Shown: piece after piece, positions 58,341 through 64,000 of the stretch
How the letters are laid out: the number at the start of each line of letters is the position of its first letter
Numbering within the stretch: the first letter of the stretch is position 1
DNA from: Eledone cirrhosa
Lineage: Eukaryota
Reading direction: 5' to 3'
Assembly (NCBI GenBank): GCA_964016885.1
Contig: OZ024741.1
Coordinates: forward strand, 64,418,001-64,482,000
DNA length: 64,000 nucleotides
Position numbers and translations under genes: made by a program
The notes under the pieces: model-generated
The model's input: the letters and a program-made list of their open reading frames with translations, nothing else
What the model was told of the DNA's origin: nothing
Database searches by the model: none

Positions 58341-58620
58341 CAAAATAAAGATCCGAAGGCATGGTATAAATTTCCAATCATTTTAATCACGACATATGTT
58401 TCAATAAGAGATAGGTCGATCGTGTGGTCTTGATCGATTATCACTGATCTCATCAGGTGAATAATGATGAGATCAGTGACAATCGATCATGACCACACGA
58501 TCCATCTATCTCTTATTGAAACATGTGCCATGATTAAAATGATTGGAAATTTATACCATGCCTTCGGATCTTTATTTTGATACAAATACTCCGTTTTACA
58601 TCATCTAGCTGTTCCCATAA
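58341..58620. mobile_element. Foldback unit (about 115-bp arms) plus tail
   Basis: caaaataaagatccgaaggcatgg mirrored at 58555-58580; several arm mismatches. Confidence 0.85.
58387..58460 (-). ncRNA. Type I hammerhead ribozyme
   Basis: tcac CTGATGA ... GAAA catatg TC gtga (GUC cleavage triplet). Confidence 0.65.
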
Positions 58621-58708
58621 ATGGAACTGGAGATATACAAAAGCGTGGAGAACTTAATATTGGTAACAAAAGTTTATTGGGCCGTATGACACAACCAATA
58701 ATACACCT

Positions 58709-58797
<89 letters not shown>

Positions 58798-58801
<4 letters not shown>

Positions 58802-59224
58802 TAAACGGAATAGAAAATGCTGACAAATTGTTCACAGTTGCAAAATGGTTTAATTAGGAATAAAAGAGTATTAGTGATTGTATGGGTTAGTATTCAGTTG
58901 TGGTTTTAAGTTTTTAAGTTTTTACCGGTTGCGCATTTCTAAATGCTTTTCAAAAATAATTTTGAGATAGAGTGTCCGTGCTGTTTGCTCAGATCAGAGC
59001 AAACAGCACGGACACTCTATCTCAAAATTATTTTTGAAAAGCATTTAGAAATGCGCAACCGGTAAAAACTTAAAAACTTAAAACCACAACTGAATACTAA
59101 CCCATACAATCACTAATACTCTTTTATTCCTAATTAAACCATTTTTCAACTGTGAACAATTTGTTAGCATTTTCTATTCCGTTTACCAATATATAATAAC
59201 TTGTGTGTTACACCTCTATTCTTT

Positions 59225-59228
<4 letters not shown>
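58798..59228. mobile_element. Foldback PLE-derived unit, about 195-bp arms, hammerhead-like motif at 59030-59068 and mirror
   Basis: Centre ctc-agatca-gag at about 58990; tttt TTGAAAA gcatt-taga-aatgc GCAA ccgg TA aaaa. Confidence 0.88.
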
Positions 59229-59296
<68 letters not shown>

Positions 59297-59551
59297 GGTA
59301 ACACGGTAAAAACCTCCCAGTCTACACCGTAAACGTGGTTGGTGTTAGGAAGGGCATCCAGCCATAAAAAACCCGCCAGACAGTCCTATACGAGCAGGAC
59401 AACAAATCTTGCCTCAAGTGGGAAAACTCCCGTCCAAACCCATGCAAGCGTGGAAGATGGACGTTAAACGATGATGATGATGATGATGATGGTGATATAT
59501 TAAAATTAAAATATAAGTATTAATAAAATAGATGTTCTTTTGTTCAATTAC

Positions 59552-59604
59552 ATTTTATTATACATATTTCGGATGTACAACAGTAGGTCCTCATCAGACA
59601 AAAT
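59552..59604 (-). ncRNA. Type I hammerhead ribozyme
   Basis: attttgt CTGATGA ggacctac-tgtt-gtacatcc GAAA tatgta TA ataaaat. Confidence 0.75.
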
Positions 59605-60143
59605 ATAATGATACATGACATACCCTGAGATGTTAAATGGTTAAGATTTAACCAAGGTAGTGATTACCCGATAGAAAATTTTACTTATATAATATTTGTG
59701 TGAGAGTGCGAAAACGTAATGAATTCATTAGAGAATGTGTGAAGTGATAGCCACTGGAAAAAGATTTATAAGGGGGAAAAGATAAAGTGTGGGGGGGGGG
59801 GGTCGAAAGTTAAACGGTTAGAATTTGAAAATATTTAATTTATAATATTATTTACCTTATACATACTGACTCATTAATATATACCTACTAGACCACCCGT
59901 GACCCGTTGGGTCATGTTCACTTTAAAATATTCTTTTTTAAATCGTGTTCACTTAAAAATAATTTTTAAATAATAAAAATATACAGACATGTATATAATG
60001 TGAAATGAAACTGGAAGGCCTATATATATACGTGAGTGTATGTATATATATATATATGTGTGTGTGTGTAAACATATACATATACATGTATGTGTGTGTA
60101 TATATATATGTGGATGTCTGTAATCTACATGCACTGGTCATAA

Positions 60144-60238
<95 letters not shown>

Positions 60239-60258
60239 CACACACTCACATATATATA

Positions 60259-60420
60259 TTATGAAGAGAGAAGAAACATTTAGATATAATTAGTAATAAG
60301 ATGTATCATACCTAAACTGCTTCTAGAAGCAGTTTAGGTATGATACATCTTATTACTAATTATATCTAAATGTTTCTTCTCTCTTCATAATGTACTTTTA
60401 GCTCTGATACTGGTTCAGTC
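60259..60420. repeat. Perfect foldback (about 65-bp arms) plus tail
   Basis: ttatgaagagagaagaaac...gcttctagaagc...gtttcttctctcttcataa. Confidence 0.88.
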
Positions 60421-60560
60421 TAATCCATTCGGATTGGTTTGTCCCAGTTATTCATAGAGCAACATCGGTTAAGGTTGGCACCATTAACTCAAGGATGGAT
60501 GTGGATATATTCATGTATATGTGTGTGTCCGCATGTATCTGTGGGTTTCTCAATATATTG

Positions 60561-60593
<33 letters not shown>

Positions 60594-60799
60594 ACAGCAC
60601 CACCAGCTCTCTTCCATTTTCATTCTCTGTCTCCTCTCCCTCTTTCTGTCTCTCTTTCAATCTACTCTGTCACAACCACTATCTCTTTCTCTCTATCTTT
60701 TTCTCTCTTTGTTTACTTTGTTTATGAAAGCACCAGGAAAAACCCCATATGTCGGGAAATTTGTTTTGTTCCATTTGTATTCCCATTTCAGGGTCAACT

Positions 60800-63423
60800 G
60801 ATAATAATATGTTCAAAACCAACCAAAGAAACTTCTACAGAAAAATTGGTAAGTCAACAATAACTGCTAAATCAATACCACCCAAGGAGGAAGTGCAAGA
60901 ATTCTGGGAAAAGATCTGGGCCGAAGAAAAAGTTCATAATATACATGCCCCATGGATAGACAGACAAATGAAAGATACAGCTCAACTTGAGGAACAAATA
61001 TGGGAAAATATAACAGTTGAACAGTTGCGTTTGGCTCTAAGAAAAACCAGCAAATGGAAATCTCCAGGAAAAGACAAAATACAAAATGTTTGGATAAATG
61101 CCTTCACAGAGTCTCATGAGCTGTTAGCCCAACTTTACAATGAAATAGTTAAGGAGCCAGAAAAGGTACCATCATGGCTAGTTAATGGCATTACATTCCT
61201 GCTTCACAGACCGATAACTTGCTTGACCACAATGTATAAAATTTTAACATCAGTCCTAACTGAATATACATATGACCACCTGATAACAAATGACTTATTT
61301 CCCATTGAGCAGAAAGGGTGTAAACGAGGCTCATATGGCTGTAAGGATCAGCTTTTAGTTAACAAAATGATACTGGAAGATTGTCATAATAGACACAAAA
61401 ATCTATCAATTGCTTGGATAGATTATAAAAAAGCATTCGATAGTTTGCCACACAGCTGGATTGAAAAATGTTTAGAAATTTTCAAAATATCCCCCGTTGT
61501 CAGGAGGTTTTTGTCATTCAGTATGAAGACATGGAAAACGACACTCCTTTTGAATAGTGAAACAAAATCACTGGAAGCTGGAGAAGTTAATATTAATTGT
61601 GGAATTTTTCAGGGTGACTCTTTATCACCGCTTTTATTCTGCATCGCACTTATACCATTAAGTAAAATGCTCAATGAAACAAAACATGGATATAAAGTCT
61701 ATGACAAAACCATTAGTCACTTGTTCTACATGGATGACCTGAAACTATTTGCAAAAAATGATGAACAATTGCAAGGGCTATTATCCACTGTGGAGCAGTT
61801 GAGTGATGACATTAAAATGGAGTTTGGACTAGATAAATGCGCCAAAGCAACGTTCACCAGAGGAAAGCTGCTGAAAAGTTCAGATATTAATCTTGATCGA
61901 GGGAATGTGATAAGAGAACTTGATCAAGAGGAAACTTACAAATATCTAGGTGTTTGTGAAGGAGATGGAATCAAGCACTCGACAATGAGGGAAAGGATAA
62001 GGAAGGAATGTTACCGCAGAGTAAGAGCAATCTTAAGAACGGAATTGAATGCAAGGAATAGGATCGATGCCATAAACACGCTTGCCATACCAGTAGTAAC
62101 CTACAGTTACAATGTCATCAACTGGTCAAGCACAGAGATCCGTAGGCTCGATACAAAAATTCGAAAATTCTTAACCATGCACAGAATGCATCACCCTAAG
62201 GCAGATACAGATAGACTATATCTCCCTAGGAAAGAAGGAGGACGTGGGTTAATCCAGTTAGACATTGCGTTGAAAACTGCAACAATTGGATTATCTACAT
62301 ATCTAAGGGAATCACATGATTGGATGATCAAACTCGTTTTGAAACACGAAAGCATCAAAAGATCATACTCCATTACAAAAGATGCACAAAGATACAGTAA
62401 TGGACTACACATTTCAGAAGTCCCATTTACTGCTGAAATGGAAAACACAGAAAAAGCAAAGCAGGTAAAAGTAACTGCAAAGAAAGAACTGCTACAGAAA
62501 CTGGCTAAGAAATGGCAAGAAAAGCCTCTGTATGGAAAATACCCAGAACGAGCTAACAATCCTGATGTTGACAAAACTTTAACCCATCAGTGGTTGGCAT
62601 CCTCTGGGCTGAAATCGGAGACTGAAGGACTGATTATATCAGCACAAGATCAGTGTCTGCCAACAAAAAATTACCAAGCCAACATAATAAAAAATGGATG
62701 CAGCCCATTATGCCGTGTATGTAAAAAAACAACCAGAGACCATTGACCATATAATTTTAATGTGCAGTCCTATAGCTCCAACCGAATACCTAAACAGGCA
62801 TGACAGAGCTGCACAATACATACATTGGATAATGTGTAAGCATTTTGACCTGCCCCATCAAAAGAATTGGTGGGAGCATCAACCACCTCCCATACTTGAA
62901 AAAGATCACATCTCAATCTTGTGGAACTTTAGCATCCAAACAGACCGAAAAATAGATGCAAATAGACCTGATATAATATTGAAGGACTTTAAAAAGAGGG
63001 TATGCCTGCTAATTGAGATGTCCGTTCCAATAGACAAGAATGTATCTATAAAAACATTTGAAAAATTGAGCAAGTATAAGGACCTGGAGATAGAAATTGG
63101 AAAAATGTGGAAATTGAGAACTAAAAACATACCAGTGGTTGTAGGCGCTCTAGGAATGATACCTAAGGGGTCTAATGATTATTTATCGCAAATCCCAGGA
63201 AACCCGCGTATAGGATAAATACAAAAGATAGTCCTAATGGGAACTGCCCATATACTAAGGAAGATTCTGTCAATATAAGTACATCACAAGTCTAAATACT
63301 AAAGATCCATGTGTGAGTATGTATGTTCTTTCTTGAACATGGCGGACCTTGTTGTCTTTTGAGGTCACTGGTTATGACTTGGTGATAACTCGTATGAACA
63401 TAAAGCAAGATAAATGCAGCTGT
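60800..63423 (+). mobile_element. R4/Dong-type non-LTR element, 5' truncated, ending in (TAA)n
   Basis: RT (WIDYKKAFDS, GIFQGDSLSP, LFYMDDLK), CRVC..ETIDHI..C, RHD, restriction-like ANRPDIIL..LIEMSVP; one frameshift at an A-run near 62725, stop at 63216. Confidence 0.93.
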
Positions 63424-63441
63424 AATAATAATAATAATAAT

Positions 63442-64000
63442 GATTTCTTTATTGGCCACAAGGGCTGACATCAAGAAAAACATCACAGACGGAACAAGAC
63501 GGTACGATGTGGGTTTTGTGCGTGTAAATATTTTTATTATTTATATAAGAAAAGAAAAAAGACATAAAACATATATATATAAACAATAAAATGAAAATTG
63601 AAACAATGAAAAATTCCCCAATAGGGGGGAAACCTCCAAGGGTTACTCGTGGCGAAAACCACACAAAAGACCACGGCCGCCCTGACTACCAGGGCAAGCC
63701 CTCTCTCAATGTTTCCATCTCTCAAACTACAGACCATTCTCGGATCATTCTCGCTACATTCACCCACCTTTCAACAAACTTGCTAGAAAGCAGCACTTGC
63801 CTCTCCACCCTGATTTTCCTCTTCAAGTGAAACTTGAAAAAGTTAATTAGGGATTCGCCGAAGAGGAAAGTGTTTGTCTTTAATCCTTTTAACCTTGTCC
63901 ACCACACAATCTCTTTCGCCATAGCCACCAGGCAGATGAAAACCGCCTACCCTTCCTCCTCAAAGGAAGACGGCGAGACCATCTGCACAATGGACTCAGT
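63442..64000 (-). mobile_element. 3' end of a Tx1-clade LINE (copy 3, related subfamily)
   Basis: AMAKEIVWWTRLKGL..TFLFG..FFKFHL.RKIRVER matches the 3187-3531 ORF; 3' UTR ...ccttgtggccAATAAAgaaatc(att)n. Confidence 0.88.

Overview
This is AT-rich, microsatellite-saturated animal genomic DNA. The SINE set and (TA)n/(CA)n/(GA)n density suggest an octopod cephalopod (inference). Almost all short ORFs in the track are microsatellite or antisense artefacts. Autonomous-type elements present: three Tx1/L1-clade LINE copies, two R4/Dong-type LINEs, one nearly intact Penelope-like element (PLE; RT + GIY-YIG), Hydra-clade PLE fragments, hAT and pogo/Tigger remnants. Many tRNA-derived SINEs are also present. 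Two things are not visible in the ORF track. (1) About 17 minimal type I hammerhead-ribozyme motifs with palindromic stem III, including a U3-A8 core variant family showing stem II covariation, sit in short PLE-derived units inserted in (TA)n tracts. These units often form foldback palindromes with an asymmetric 3' tail. (2) A minus-strand spliced host gene (six phase-compatible exons, 43818 to 24906) encodes a Cys-rich type I membrane protein with a YSRL tail. All calls are by eye; no searches or folding programs were run.
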